NCBI GenBank assembly: GCA_964016885.1 | Contig: OZ024742.1 | Location: 349,804,001 to 349,868,000, forward strand | DNA from: Eledone cirrhosa | Taxonomy: Eukaryota | Reading direction: 5' to 3' | Length of the DNA: 64,000 nucleotides | In this document: piece after piece, positions 16,075 through 29,517 of the stretch | How the letters are laid out: each line of letters starts with the position of its first letter | Position numbering within the stretch: position 1 is the stretch's first letter | Notes under the pieces: generated by a model | Told to the model about the DNA's origin: nothing | The model's input: the letters and a program-made list of their open reading frames with translations, nothing else | The model's database searches: none | Program-made: the position numbers and the translations under genes

Positions 16075-16236
16075 ACCCAAGCAGACACGCACACACACAC
16101 GTACACACACAAACACACACTCAAACACACACACATACACACACAAACACACACAAACACACACATACACACACACACACACACACGCACAGACACATAC
16201 ACCCACAAACACACACACACACTCAGCCACACACAT

Positions 16237-16269
<33 letters not shown>

Positions 16270-16388
16270 AACACACACTCAAACACACACGCATACACAC
16301 ACAAACACACACATACACACACATACACACACACACACGCACAGACACATACACCCACAAACACACATACACACTCAGCCACACACAT

Positions 16389-16421
<33 letters not shown>

Positions 16422-16585
16422 AACACACACTCAAACACACACATATACACACAGAAACACACATACATACACAAACAAACACTCAAACACACACTCAAAC
16501 ACACACATACACACACACATACACACACAAACACAGGCATACACACACAAACGCACACACACACGCACACACACACACACAGACA
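16075..16585. repeat. CA-rich compound micro/minisatellite with a ~152-bp internal duplication
   Basis: The block cgcacagacacatacacccacaaac...actcagccacac occurs at ~16186 and ~16338. Confidence 0.85.
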
Positions 16586-16734
16586 TCCTCAGTTTTATAT
16601 ATAGAGATAATACAAATAATAACAGCAACATTAAACTAGTCCTCCGTTTGTTACGACGATGGATGTTCAATCAACGAAACAACCTGGGAGATTCAGTGTT
16701 GCACAGAATGACAGACCTTCCAATTACTGGTATA

Positions 16735-16830
16735 ACTGGAGCAACGTGAAATAAAGTGTCTTGCTCAAGGACACAACGTGCTGCCAGGAATCGACCTTAT
16801 GATCGTGAGCCGCGTACCTTAATCACAAAG
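16735..16830 (-). mobile_element. tRNA-derived CORE-type SINE fragment
   Basis: gagcaacgtgaaataaagtgtcttgctcaaggacacaac is the reverse complement of a CORE-like GTGTCCTTGAGCAAGACACTT box. A related copy lies at 49725-49835. Confidence 0.65.
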
Positions 16831-16859
16831 CCATTAATGTACACACACACACACACACA

Positions 16860-16924
<65 letters not shown>

Positions 16925-17446
16925 ATGTATGTGTGTGTGTATGTATATATATGTGTGTATGTGTGTGTGTGTGTGTGTATGTGTGTGTGTGTAAAATGCA
17001 AACAAAAATATGCGAACGTCACAGTCATTGAAGATATATTTTAGTTTAAAATAGTAGGAAAAGAGCGTTAACGTTTCTGACACTGGTCCTTCATCAGGAG
17101 ATAGAGTTAGAAATAAGATATAAAATAAAAAGATAGAGAGTTATAATAGGAAGGAACGGGAAAAAATGAGAAAAAAAGGGGAAAAAACACACACGTTCGT
17201 ATTTAGTCAGCCATATTAAACACAACGGAAGGCTGGACTGGAAACTTTCTAAAAGTTGTTTTTAATGTATAGTTAACACCGGATGATTTGCATAACGTCG
17301 AGTGCTTTAAACTATTGCATCATCGTTTACTAACCAGAATCGCCAGTTTTATCCCTTGGTAAACAACTTAACATAAAGAGTACACACAGACACACACACA
17401 GACACACACACACACATACAACCACGCACACATACACACACACACG

Positions 17447-17477
<31 letters not shown>

Positions 17478-17558
17478 CGGTCTATCTATCAAATCATTCG
17501 ACCTATCATTTCGATATTTCTTCCCTTATATGATCCAGTCATTGACCGAAGAAGAACG

Positions 17559-17611
<53 letters not shown>
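17559..17611. repeat. (AAT)n microsatellite, 3' junction of Tx1-like element A
   Basis: Directly visible. Confidence 0.95.
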
Positions 17612-17613
<2 letters not shown>

Positions 17614-17891
17614 TTTCATTTATTGGCCACAAGGGCCGACATATAGGAGACAATACAAAAGACTGGGACAGTGGGGTTTTACAGAACAATCGAGTAAACA
17701 ATATGAATAACAATAACAAAGTAACAATAACAAAGTAACAATAAAGAAACAAGAAAATTACAACAAGAAAAAATTCCCCAATAGGGGGGATGACTACCTA
17801 GGGTTCGCTCAGGTACCCCACCAGTCCTGAACGACCCGACGCTTCGAGAGCACCCTGGAAGGGCACCCCTCTCCTCTTCAAATTTACCTAC

Positions 17892-20800
17892 CTACAGCCG
17901 CATGACCAGAGTAGGCCCACTCACACGGGCCACTCTCGCCACATTCACCCACCTTTCAGCAAATGTACTGGGGAGAAGCACTTCTCTCTCCACCCTCATC
18001 TTCCTTTCCAAGTGAAACTTGAAAAAGTTGATGAGGGATTGGCCGAAGAGAAAAGTGTCTGTCTTCAGTCCTTTCAACCTCGTCCACCATACAACCTCTT
18101 TCGCTACTGCCACCAGACAGAGGAAAATTGCCTGCCCTTCCTGGTCAAAAGAAGGCGGCGGGTCGATCTTCACTATGGACTCGGCCGATAGCTGGATCCG
18201 TTCTACACGCGACAACAGCTGTTCAACATAATTCCAGAAGTCAGTAATGCACGGACACTGGATGAGTGTGTGCAGAACGGTTTCGTCGCTCTGCGCACAT
18301 CTCGGGCAGGTCCGTCTGACAGCACTTCCGTGCCTGTAGAGTTTATATCGAACCGGCAGTGCCCCCGGTAGCACTGCCAAGCGAGGGATTTTTGGAAATT
18401 ATCCATCGTCCCCAGCTCGAAAGTCCTCGGGTACAGACTGGTTGGTTCGACTTCGTTGACTCCCAGAGCCTCTCTGAGTGCGTCGTCGCACTTGCCCATC
18501 AATAATTCTCTATAGAACTCGAGAGTGGAAGTTCCACTGACCGCATTGCCCGCCTGGTAGAGGGCAGTGAGTGCCTGGCAACATTCCAGATGCCAGTCAC
18601 CCAGTCTCGGTCTCTTCTTGACCCAGGACTGCAACTCAGTCAAAGAAACGAGCTGCGGAAAGGCCCGTCTGACAAACGGCGACCACACCTGTTCACCGTT
18701 TAGGCAGAATATCTGGAGATGCCGCAGCCTCAGCGCGTGCCTGCGCATCATTAGCCACGGCATGCCCAGCCCTCCACGTAAAGGGTGCTGGCAGCAGATG
18801 AACCGCCTCACCAGCGGAACCTGACCCCTCCACAAGAATTTGAAGAGGAGCTGCTCCAAGATGGCGAGGCGCGAACGGGGGCAAGGGACGACAGTCAGAC
18901 GGTAGATGACGGACGCGATGTACGCGTTCGCCACCTCCGCCCGACCTTTCAGTGATAGCTTCATCCCAGCCCATTTCTGGGTGAGACTGACTACCCTGTC
19001 CGTCACCTCGTCCCAATTCTTATCCACCTGGAGGTCTGGCCCGAACCAAACCCCTAGCAACTTTACCGGTCTGTCCGTCCAGCGCCTAACGACGCTGTTG
19101 GACGGCATGGACTTTCCTCTCCAGGTGCCGAGTTGCAAGCCCACTGACTTTTCCGGGTTAAGTTTTGCTCCCGTCAACCTTTCATATTCCTCCAATAAGT
19201 TGCCGACCACCTCGATTTCTGAGGTGTCCGACACCATCACGGTGTTGTCGTCCGCATAAGCCAACACAGCCTTTCCGCGTGCCGGTTCGAGCGGGATGCT
19301 CTGCAACAGCTCCAGTTTCCGCAGTAAAGGCTCGAGAGTCAATACGTACAGAAGGGAGGAAAGAGGGCACCCTTGACGGATCGATCGGGTGACCTGAAAC
19401 GGTTCCGAGAGGTGGCCATTAATTTTGACCATCGAGCAGGTGCCGCTGTGCATTGCAGCGATCCAGCTTCTGAAGACGGGGCCGAAGCCAGCCGCCTTGA
19501 GGACAGCCTCCAGGTACCGATGGTCGACCCTATCGAATGCTTTCGATTGATCTAAATTGATCAGAGCCCCACCGAAGCCAGGTTTACACCCTACCCTCTC
19601 TATGATGTATCGCATTAGGTGGAGGTTGTCGTGTATGGACCTGGTTGGGATTGCGCAAGTTTGCGCCTCCTCAACCAAATCCCCGACGACAAGCGCCAAC
19701 CTCTTCGTTAACACCCTCGCCAAAATCTTAAACTCTGTGTTGAGCAGAGTTATGGCCCTGAAATTGTCTAATGTGTTCCTTTGTTCTCGTCTTTCCTTAT
19801 CAGCGTCACTACGCCCCGGCTCACAGAACTGGGAATACTCCCGTTTTGCTGCCAGTTGCAGTAGAAGGCTTCGAGGAGATTGGAGAACAAGTCTGGCATA
19901 TTTACGTAAAGCTCGTAGGGCAGACCATCCAAACCGGGTGACTTGCGCCTCATGCAGCCCCCAAGGGCATCCTGAATCTCGGCTGAAGTAATTGGCTTTT
20001 CGCAGCGCCCAACGTCAGCCGTCGAGAGTTGCGGCAAGCCATCGAGGTAAGGACTGAAGTCCGCTACCATCTCTGACCCGTCACTTCCCCCGAACAACCG
20101 AGCAAAATGTTGGCGAAAGGCCTCACACATCCTCTTGGAATCGCTCAGCTCGTGCCCGTCTCGGTCCCTCAAAGACCGAATCGTGGTTTTATTACCACGC
20201 TGCGCCTCTGCTACGTGGGCCCATCGAACAGCTTTGGTTCTCTCGTTTCTCAGAGCACACGCCTTAGCTCTGACAATGCAACCTTCGTGTTTTGCATTGA
20301 AGAAATGGTCTAATGCCATTCTCGCCGCTAGCACATCAGTTGCAATGCCACTACCAATAGCCTCGTCTAACTTATCTACCAACTCCCCTCTCCTTTCTAT
20401 TTTTCTCTAATGCTACTTCTTTGCTAAACTCTATCGACATTACTCTAATCTCTCTTTTGAGAGCCCCCCACCATCTATTGTTGACGATTCCCCCTGTCAA
20501 CTTTTACTTAACTAAATTGTTGACCTGGTCCCTGTAAGCCTTACGTGCCGGAAATGACATGTTTAGCTTCCAGTAACCAGGTCCTAACCTACGCGTCTTA
20601 TCTAGGTCGACCATACAGATCACAAACTTGTGATCTGAATAGGCGACCGTTTCAAAACGTGGACAGCTTGCACTATTTCTGTCTATTTTCCTAGTGAATA
20701 TCCTGTCTATATACGATCTAGATGACACTATGCGGTTAGCCCAGGGCCACCCTGGAGCATTAGAGAAATCTAGTCGGTACCTGTCAGACAGTTGGAACTG

Positions 20801-21289
20801 GCTGATCAGGTTCTTGAGGCTTTGGCACCCCCCACTCCTATCGGATACTCCCACACAGTCCCAGCGTGCGTCCAAGATGCCGTTCCAGTCTCCCGCTAAC
20901 AGTAAAGGGCGAGACGTACCCAGAAAGGCTTCCAGGCGTCTAAAGAAGTCCGGCCGTCCTGCCCCAGTAGGAGCATAGACGGCAACCAGTCTAAAGGCAC
21001 CACCTTCGTTATTGTTCACGTCCAGCACCACCAATTTCCCGTCCGGGTCCCGGAAGATCGACCTTACCTCGAGATCCAGGCCTTTCCTAAACAACACAGC
21101 CACCCCGCCTCCCATTCCCGGCCGGCTAACAGATGCAAAGATCTGATAGTCGTCGAAAATGGGGGCTAGTGCGCGCGTGTCGGAAATTACATCCATTTCT
21201 ATAGACCTAAGGTCGTTGAGCAGGTGACCCTGCTTCCAGGACGATCCCAGGCCTCGAAAATTTAAACATCCTACTCTTAATACGGCCAT
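17892..21289 (-). pseudogene. ORF2 of element A: APE endonuclease, reverse transcriptase, C-terminal CCHC; broken by stops and frameshifts
   Basis: Motifs LNFRGL, VYAP, GDWN, YIDR, SDH (APE); KSPGLDG, LDQSKAFDRV, RQGCPLS, YADD (RT); CPRC..ETVLHTLIQC. Split over 4 ORFs. Confidence 0.92.
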
Positions 21290-21322
21290 GTTGGCAGGTT
21301 AAAAAGAGAGAGAGAGGAAGGT

Positions 21323-23275
21323 TTACTTACCTTCCGGGCTCTTGTGAAGGTCGGGTTGTTCGACCTCCATAGTTGGTGGGGTTTCTTTTGGGAACCCCTT
21401 TAAAAGTCTTGAAGTGGGTTTTACGTTCGGGGTTCCCACGTCCCGAGGAAAGCTGTCTCGTATTTCTTTGAATATATCGAGCGACATTCGCACCAGAACC
21501 AAATCTTCCGGCACGCGAAATATGCTATATTTTAAAAATTTCCCCCTCTTTTTGTATATTTTCACTTCGTATTACGAGGGCCATCAGTTCCTTGTTGGCC
21601 CTCCTGACGAGCACGAACTTTTGTATGTTTTGTTGGTGTGATTTTATTTGTTTGCGTGGCTGTGGTGGTGATGGTTTTGGTGGTATTGTTTTGGTTGTAT
21701 CTGTGTTTGTTGTGAGTGCGGTGTCTGTGGTTTCAGATGTTTGTGTGTATATTTGTTCTTGCGTCTGTTAAAGTTGTTTGCGGTTGGGGGATTCTGGTGG
21801 TGTTGATGTTGGTGTCATTGGAGAGATGTTTGCGTGGGTGGTGTCTGCGTTTTTTATTGTGGGTGATTTTGTGCTTTGTTGAGTTTTTTTTTTCTTTTTG
21901 TTTCCTTTTTTGTATTTTGGGGGATTTTGGTTTTCCCTCATCTTCACTACTGGTAGATGAGGGTTTTATGTCTGTAAGTGTGTCTGTATGTATGTTTATG
22001 GTTTTATTGGTGTGTGTATTTTTTGGTAGGGGGGGAGGGAGGGGGAATTTGACAGCTTTCCTCGTTTCCCCCCTGGGTGGTCAATGTTGGTGGTGGTCTT
22101 TCTATTGGTGTTGTTGTTGGTGGTTTTGCCGGTACTGGTGTTGGTTGTGGTTCTCGCCCCGGCGTCGGCAGCAGTGGAGCCTTTCGACCCCTTGCCTCTT
22201 TCGGCAGTTGAGGGCAGAAGGTTCGCAAATGGGTTTTTTCCCCACAAACAAAACACTGCGGCCTATTGCCTTCGGTCATAATGTGAATGGCCGTCCCATT
22301 CTGAAGGCGGATGTAGTCCGGGATTGTCTTCACATTCTCGGGCCTGATCTGGAGAAGGATCTCCAGATCAACCCCGGACCACTCCTCTCTGGCCATTCTG
22401 GTCACTTCTATAGGGACGGTATCCGTCCCCTCCACAATCACACATCCCAGAAGCCACCACATGTCAAGTCCTGGTGGGATTCTGGGAATGCGGAGACTTT
22501 TTCCCATGTGGGAGGGGTACATTTTGACATTGCTGGTTTTGCAAGGAGTCATAGCGTGTTTCATAGCGAGGGCTTCTGACTTGAACAACACCGAAATAGT
22601 GCCGTACTGTCTGCCTCTCTCTACTTATTCGGTGTTTTCTCTGATGCACCTCAGCGCGACTTCGACATCTTCTTGTGGGATTAAAGCTGCCCTTTTGGTT
22701 TGTGCTGAGATGCATCTATAATGCACCGTTCTGCGCTCCACTGCCTCAATAGCTTCTACCGGGACAGTTAAGTTGGCCCAGGTTTGCTCTTGCTTGATGC
22801 GCCTCCATGCCTGGGCCAACTTTTCATCTTTGTTTGAGAGGTCCATGTTGAAGCATGGCCTCTTTTTTGCTGCTGCGAAAGTGTTCTTCTTGTTTTCGTT
22901 GGGGTTGTTGTTGTTGTTCTTGTTGGTGTTATTGTTAGCACTGTCGCTGTTATCATTGTTGTCTTTGTTGCCACCGTTGTTCTCGGTGCAGTTGGTATTG
23001 TTGCTGTTGGTGTTGTCGCTATTTGTTTTCATGTTAGTGGTGTTGATATTGTTGTTGTATTTGTTATTTTTTTTTTTGTTATCTGTATTTTCGTTGTCGC
23101 TGTTACTGTCATTTTTTTCAAAATTAGAGTTCTTATTGGTATCATTGGTGTCTTTGTTTACCTTGTTTGTGGTGGTGTTTGTGTTATCAATGTGTGTTAA
23201 TTTCGCTGTAGCGTTCCTCTCAACTTCGTTGTGGCACGACAGCAGACATATCGCTGGAGGGCGTGGCTCAGCCAT
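21323..23275 (-). pseudogene. ORF1 of element A (N/T-rich N-terminus, zinc knuckle)
   Basis: CFVCGEKTHLRTFC knuckle; homologous to ORF1 of B and E (RG.QYG..SVLFKSEALA); internal stop and frameshift. Confidence 0.8.
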
Positions 23276-23740
23276 GTATTAACATGTAAAAAAATTCAAA
23301 TAATGGGGCCAAAAGGCCAAAATATTATACTTTCCCCTTCACAGGGCAAAGTCTAAGGGCTTATATCCCTTTCACAATAAGAAATATTTAACAACAAATA
23401 ATTTTAACAGGCAAATAAAGCGACTTACTGGGAGCGAGCAAAATACGTCCGCTTAGACCAATAATAATAACAATAATAATAATAATAATGCTTTCTTTAT
23501 TAACCACAGGGGTTTACATAAAGTAGACATTAAGGACAGTACAGGACAATACAGGACGGTACAAATGGGCATTTCTGCGTGTAAAAAACAAAAACAGAGG
23601 ATGTAACAAGAAAATAACAATGAAAAATTACCCAATACGGGGGAGACTTCCGAGGGACATTCGTGGAGAAAGCCCATTAAAAAGTCACAGTGACCCTGAA
23701 CACCAGGGCAAGTGCCCTCTCCCAGTTTTCCACCTTTAAT

Positions 23741-26700
23741 TTACAGACACATACTCAGAGTAGGCCCATTGACTCGTGCCATACTTGCCTCTCTAACCCA
23801 TCTTTCAACAAAATGCTGGGAAGAGAGCACTTCCCTCTCTACTCTGATTTTCCTTTTCAAATGAAATTTGAAAAAGTTAATCAGGGCATCACCGAAGAGG
23901 TAAGTGCTCGTCTTCAGCCCTTTCAAACGTGTCCATCATACTATCCCTTTCGCCATGGCCACCAGACAGATAAAAATTGCCTGCCCTTCCCGGCTAAAGG
24001 AAGAGGGCGGGGAAATCCTCACGATGGACTCAGCTGATAGCTGGATCCGTCCTACACGTGACAGCAGGTGTTCGACATAAACCCACAAGTCAACAATGCT
24101 CGGACACTGGACAAGTGCATGCAGGACGCTTTCATCGCCCTGCGCGCATCTGGGACATTCCCGGCTGACGGCACCTCCATGCCTGTAGAGGTTATCCCGA
24201 ACTGGCAAAGCTCCTCGGTAGCACTGCCAGGCCAGGGATTTCTGGAAGTTGTCCATAGGCCTCGGGCCGAAAGTTCTTCCGAAGAGATTGGCTAGTTGAT
24301 TTTCGTCGACGCCTAGAGTTTCCCCAAGAACGTCGTCGCTCTTCCCCTCCACAAATACTCTATAGAACGCCAAGGTGGATTTCCACTGATCACATTGCCC
24401 GATTGGTCGAGGGCTGTGAGCGCCTGAAGACATTCCAGTCTCCAAGCGCTCCCTCTCGGTCTTCGCTTGACCCAGGACTGCAGCTCGGTCAATGAGACGA
24501 GCTGGGGAAAGACGCGCCTAGCAAACGGCCACCACACCTGATCACCGTCGAGGAAGAGGTGGAGATGTCGTAGCCTGAGCGCGTGTCTGCGCATCATCAG
24601 CCACAGCTTACCCAGCCCTCCACGTAGCGGGTGTTGACAGCAGATGGACCGCCTGACATCGGAGCGCGTCCCTTCCACAAAAAGCGAAAGAGCAAACGCT
24701 CCAGCGCAGTCAGACGGGGCTTAGGATAAGGTACGACGGTCAGGCGGTAGCAGATGACAGACGCGATGTACGCGTTAGCCACCACCGCTCGACCTTTCAG
24801 GGATAGCTTCCTCTCCGCCCATTTCTGGGTGAGAGAAGCCACCCTGCTCGTCACCTCGTCCCAGTTTTTGTCCGTCTGGAGGTTCGGACCGAACCAGACC
24901 CCTAGCAATTTAACCGGTCCATCCGTCCAGCGCCCGACGACGCTGTTGGACGGCATGGACCTGCCTCTCCAGGTGCCGAGGTGCAGGCCCACTGACTTTT
25001 CCTGGTTGATCATTGCTCATATTCTCTTAGTGTAGTGCCGATCGCCTCGATGTGCTTGGCGTTCGACACCACTACGGTGACATCGTCCGCATATGCTGAC
25101 ACGGATCTTCCGCATCCTAGTTCGCGCGTGACGCCCCTCAACGTCTCCAGTTTGTGCGGTAATGGCTCGAGAGTCAATACGTACAAGTGGGACGAGAGGG
25201 GACATCCTTGGCGGACCGAGCGCAAGATGTTGAACGGTTCCGAAAGGTGACCGTTCACTCTCACTACAGAGCAGATGTCGCAGTGCAAGGCAGCGATCCA
25301 GCCTCTGAAGACGGGCCCAAAGCAAGCTGCCCTCAGGACTGCCGCTAGGTAACGATGGTCGACCCTATCGAAAGCTTTCGACTGATCTAAATTGATCAAG
25401 GAGCCACCCGTGCCAGGTTCCCTAGCTACCCTCTCTACGATGTATCGCATGAGGTGGAGGTTGTCGTGGTTGGATCTGTCGGGAATGGCGCATGTCTGCG
25501 CCTCTCCCACCAGACCACCAACGACAAGCGCCAACCTCTTTGCTAGCACCCTGGCCAAAATCTTGAACTTTGTGTTTAGCAGAGTTATGGGCCTGAAGTT
25601 ATCTATCTTATCCCCCTTGTTCGGATCCTTTCTCAGCAGCGCCACCGCTCCTCGGCTCACAGAGCTGGGAATTCTCCCGTTCTGTTGCCAGTTGCAGTAG
25701 ACGTCCGCCAAAAAGCCTCCGAAACAGTCTGGCATCTGTACGTAAAGTTCATAGGGCAGACCATCCAAACCAGGCGATTTACCCCTTGTGCAGCCAGTAA
25801 TTGCCTCCCATACTACAGCGGCTGTTATCGGCTTTTCGCAACACTCCGCCTCAGTGGCCGAGAGCCACGGCAGTGCGTCGAGGTAGACACTAAAGTCCAT
25901 CGCTCCACCCGGCCCGCCACTTCCCCCGAACAGCTGAGCGAAGTGTCGCTGAAAAGCTTCACACATTTGCCCGGGATCGAGTAGCATGCGCCCGTCGTGG
26001 TCCACCAAAGACCGGATCGTGGCTTTGTTGCCACGACGCGCCTCCGCCACTCGGGCCCATTGAACGGCTTTCCTCTACTCGTATCTGAGAGCACGCACCC
26101 TAGCTCTGACAACGCAGCCTTCGTTATTTGCATTGAATAATTGGTCAAGGGCTAATTTCGCCGCAAGTACGTCGGTCGCGAAGCCTTTGCTAAGCGCCTC
26201 GTCTAATTTTCTAACTAGTTCTCCCTCTGCTCTATTTTCCTCTATTTCTAAAGCCTTACTAAACCTAATGGACTCTATTCTAATCGCTCTTTTCAGAGCA
26301 AACCACCACTTGTTGTTGCCAATTGCCCCGTCAACGCCCGCTTAACTAGTTCGCTAATCCGGTCTCTGTTGGCCTTGCGCGCTGGTAAGGACGCGTTTAG
26401 CTTCCAGTAGCCGAGTCCTCGTCTATGAAGCCTATCTAAGTCAAGCACACAGATCACGAATTTGTGGTCCGTGTGGCTGACTATCTTGAATTGTGGACAG
26501 CCTATGCTAGACCTATCTATTTCCCTACAAAATACTCTATCTAGATATGATCTAGATGACCCTATGCGGTTTGTCCAAGTCCACATTGGCACATTCGGGA
26601 AATCCAATCGGTACCTGTCAGACAGTTCAAAACGCCTGAGCAGGTTGGTGAGGCTCTTGCAGCCTCCTCTCCTATCCGCTAATCCCATACAGTCCCAGCG

Positions 26701-27110
26701 TGCATCTAAGACCCCGTTCCAGTCGCCCACTAACACTAAAGAGCGGGACGTTCCAAGAAAGGTCTCCAGACGCCGGAAGAATCAGGCCGCTCTGCTCCTG
26801 TCGGGGCATGGACGGTCACTGGCCTGAAAGCTTGCCCGTCTCCGTTGGTCACGCCCAGCACCACCAACGTACCTTCTGGGTCCAGCGAGATCCAAACCTC
26901 TCAGAAAAAGCACAGCAACTCCTCCCCCCGATCCAGGACAGCTGGGAGATGCGTACACATCGTAGCCGCCGAAGATCGGTGCGAAGGCCCGGTCTCGCTG
27001 ATGGCCACTACATCTATGTTTAGTGACCTGAGGTCGTTGAGCAGGTGGCCCCGCTTCCATGACGACCCCAAGCCACGCGCATTTATGTTGCCTATTCTGA
27101 GTGAGGTCAT
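23741..27110 (-). pseudogene. ORF2 of element B (APE-RT-CCHC), multiple frameshifts
   Basis: NINARGL..ISET, GDWN, YLDR, TDH, FRPITLLN, LDQSKAFDRV, RQGCPLS, YADD, CPRC..HALVQC. Confidence 0.92.
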
Positions 27111-27144
27111 GTTGAAATGAATTGGAAAAGATGGGAAAGACCAC

Positions 27145-29055
27145 TTACCTTACTTCTCGTAGAGGAAGGATGGTTTCTCCATCCTTTTCACTGCTTGTGG
27201 CCTCCTCCAGAAGGATGTCCTTATAAATCCTCCTGGAGAGTGCTTGTCGGAAGTCTCCGTTGTCTTTGGGGAATTTTTGTTTTAGTGTCGTGTACGTTTT
27301 CTTTGTGATGCGAGTGATTTGTATGTGTGGAGGTGGTGTTAACTTTTGGGTTGTTGTGTAGTCTTTTTCTGTGATGCTGGTGTTGTGTTGGATGTAGTGT
27401 AATAATTGGTTGTTGTTCAAATTTAATGCTGTGTATTGTGTATCGTTTTGGTTGTTTTGTTTTGTTTGCGTTTGTTGTGGGTTGGTTTCTGTTTCGCTTT
27501 TTGGTGACTTTTGTGGTGTTGATGATGGTGGTGTTGGGGTTAATGATGGTGATGGTGTTGGTGTTTGTGGTGATGGGGTTGGGGATGCTGGTGCGGATGG
27601 TGGCATAGCTGTCCTAACTTTTTTGGTTGATACTTTATATGTTTCCATCTGTATTTTGTTTTTGGAGGGGGAAGGAAGAGAATTTTTTCTTTTTTGGTTT
27701 CTTTTTTTCTTTTTTCCTGATACCGTTTCCCACTCTTCGTCGTCACAATCTGTCTCCAGTTGCGATAGGTCGGGGAGTGGAAAATCCTCCACAGGCGTTG
27801 GTTTTGGTTGTGGCGTGGTGCTAGTTCTGGAGCGTTGGGTGGTGGTGGTGTTAGTTTTGCTACTGTTGCTGGGGTTGTTGCTGTTACAGTTGCTTCTGTT
27901 GTTGCTACTACAGTTGTTGCTGCCATTTCTGCTGCTGGTGGTGTTGATGGTTGAGTCACTGGGGTGGGTAAGAGAGGTGGCCTGAACCTTTTAGCCTGAG
28001 GGCAGAAAGCCCTTAGGTGGGTTCCTTCACCACAAACGACACACCTAGGCCTTCTGCCCTCGACGATACGGTGAGGTGGCTGCCGTCAGTAAGGTCTATT
28101 ACCTCTGAGATCTCCTCAATACTTTTGTGGTCCGCTTGGATCAGGAGCTCCATCCCAGATCCGGAAAAGTTTTCCTGCTTTTCTTTCGCAATTTAGATTA
28201 TCTTGGTGTCGGCTTCGATGCCGGCGACGACGGCGGCCATTAGCCAGGGAATTTCGATGGCCGGTGGAACGTGGGTCACCCTGATCTTCACGAGTCTCTG
28301 GCCACAATAGCTTGGGACGAGTGTAAAGTCGTCACTTCTAAATGGGGCCATGGAGTGTTCTCTGGCCTCCTGTGGTGTTCCAAAGAACACGTCCACGGTT
28401 CCATATTTCTGCCCACGTCTGATGTGGTTTTTTTTTGCCCACACATGTCCCAAAGCTTTTTGGATTTGGGACTCGTATGCTCGTTCCACTCGGCGCGATT
28501 TTATCTTAATCGTCCGATAAGACACGGTGCATAGGCGCCGATGCTCCATTTTATTAGGGGGAGGGGGGATGAGGCTGACCCTGTACCCATCTTTCTTTAC
28601 CATTCTCTTGGATTCATCTAATTCCTCCTGAGTTACCTGGATTGCTTCACACTTTTTTGCTACTCTGGCAAAAGACAGGGTGGTTTTCTTATTCTCATTG
28701 TTGTTGTTGGTGTTGTTGTTATCGTTATTTTTGTTGTTATTTTTAGTTTCAGTTGTGGTGGTGGTGGCGTCAGTGGTGTTCGGTGTGGAAGAGTCCATTC
28801 TGGGTGAATCCATTTCGATGTCACGAGATATTTAATTTTTTTCTTTGTTTCTGTTGTCGCTGTCGTGGTGGTGGGGGTGGCGGCTTTAACACCTGCAGTC
28901 ATTGGTAATGGCGGGAAATAAATGTCTGCATGAGACAAATTTAAATTATTGCTACTGCTTATATTTTTAGTGTTGGCAAACGTAGTAATATTTACAAAGG
29001 TGGTGTCGGTGTGAGGTGTTAATTTGTTAGGAAGGTGTGGCTGTGAGTGGTCCAT
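27145..29055 (-). pseudogene. ORF1 of element B
   Basis: RRGQKYGTVDVFF block; CVVCGEGTHLRAFC knuckle read by hand near 28000-28045; P/T-rich linker; frameshifted. Confidence 0.78.
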
Positions 29056-29271
29056 GATTTTTCAAAGAAATTTTTTTGCTTGATAATTATAAAAGTTTAA
29101 ATTTTGGGCTCAAGGCCCCAATATTTTTGAGTGTCCTTTTTTTCGAAAGCAAATTTTGTGACCTTATAAATAGTTAACAACAACAATTTTCCATAAATGG
29201 CAATTTTAAACAAACGAAAACAACAAACCTTTGCGCAGCTCTCGATGATACGATTTCCTAACTAGGTCGCC

Positions 29272-29328
<57 letters not shown>

Positions 29329-29486
29329 GGCCCCTTCACGCTTTTTGGAACGCTTCAAAAGGCATGCTTGCTTGGAACAGCAAGAACCCTCCGATACGTC
29401 CTGAATATCTGAGGCTGCAGGTAGTGGCTTGATATTCATTCCAACGGACTTTCCAGTTAACCAACATCAATGACTGAGATTCAAGG
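29329..29486 (+). mobile_element. 5'-truncated 3' tip of R4/Dong family 1
   Basis: Near-identical to 35114-35270 (GPFTLFGTLQKAC..GTARTLRYVLNI plus 3' UTR); (AAT)n on both sides. Confidence 0.9.
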
Positions 29487-29517
29487 AATAACAACAATAA
29501 TAATAATAATAATAATA

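Larger units (their letters stand above)
17612..23459 (-). mobile_element. Tx1/L1-clade non-LTR retrotransposon A, full length, disrupted, inserted in (ATT)n
   Basis: ORF1 (CCHC knuckle) and ORF2 (APE-RT-zinc finger). The 3' end TGTGGCCAATAAATGAAATC runs into (ATT)n; the 5' end GGTCTAAGCG follows (ATT)n. Confidence 0.93.
23490..29271 (-). mobile_element. Tx1/L1-clade non-LTR retrotransposon B (second family), full length, disrupted, flanked by (AAT)n at 23460-23489 and 29272-29327
   Basis: 3' end TGTGGTTAATAAAGAAAGC into (ATT)n; 5' end GGCGACCTAG after (ATT)n; ORF1 and ORF2 remnants. Confidence 0.93.

Noticed and set aside
15990-17083. HT/CV/YI-rich ORFs (also 40379-43621 and 49751-52177)
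   Set aside because: Translations of (CA)n and (TA)n microsatellites.
21716-23282. Hydrophobic plus-strand ORFs resembling membrane proteins (also 27410-27985)
   Set aside because: Antisense shadows of AAC/ACC-rich LINE ORF1.
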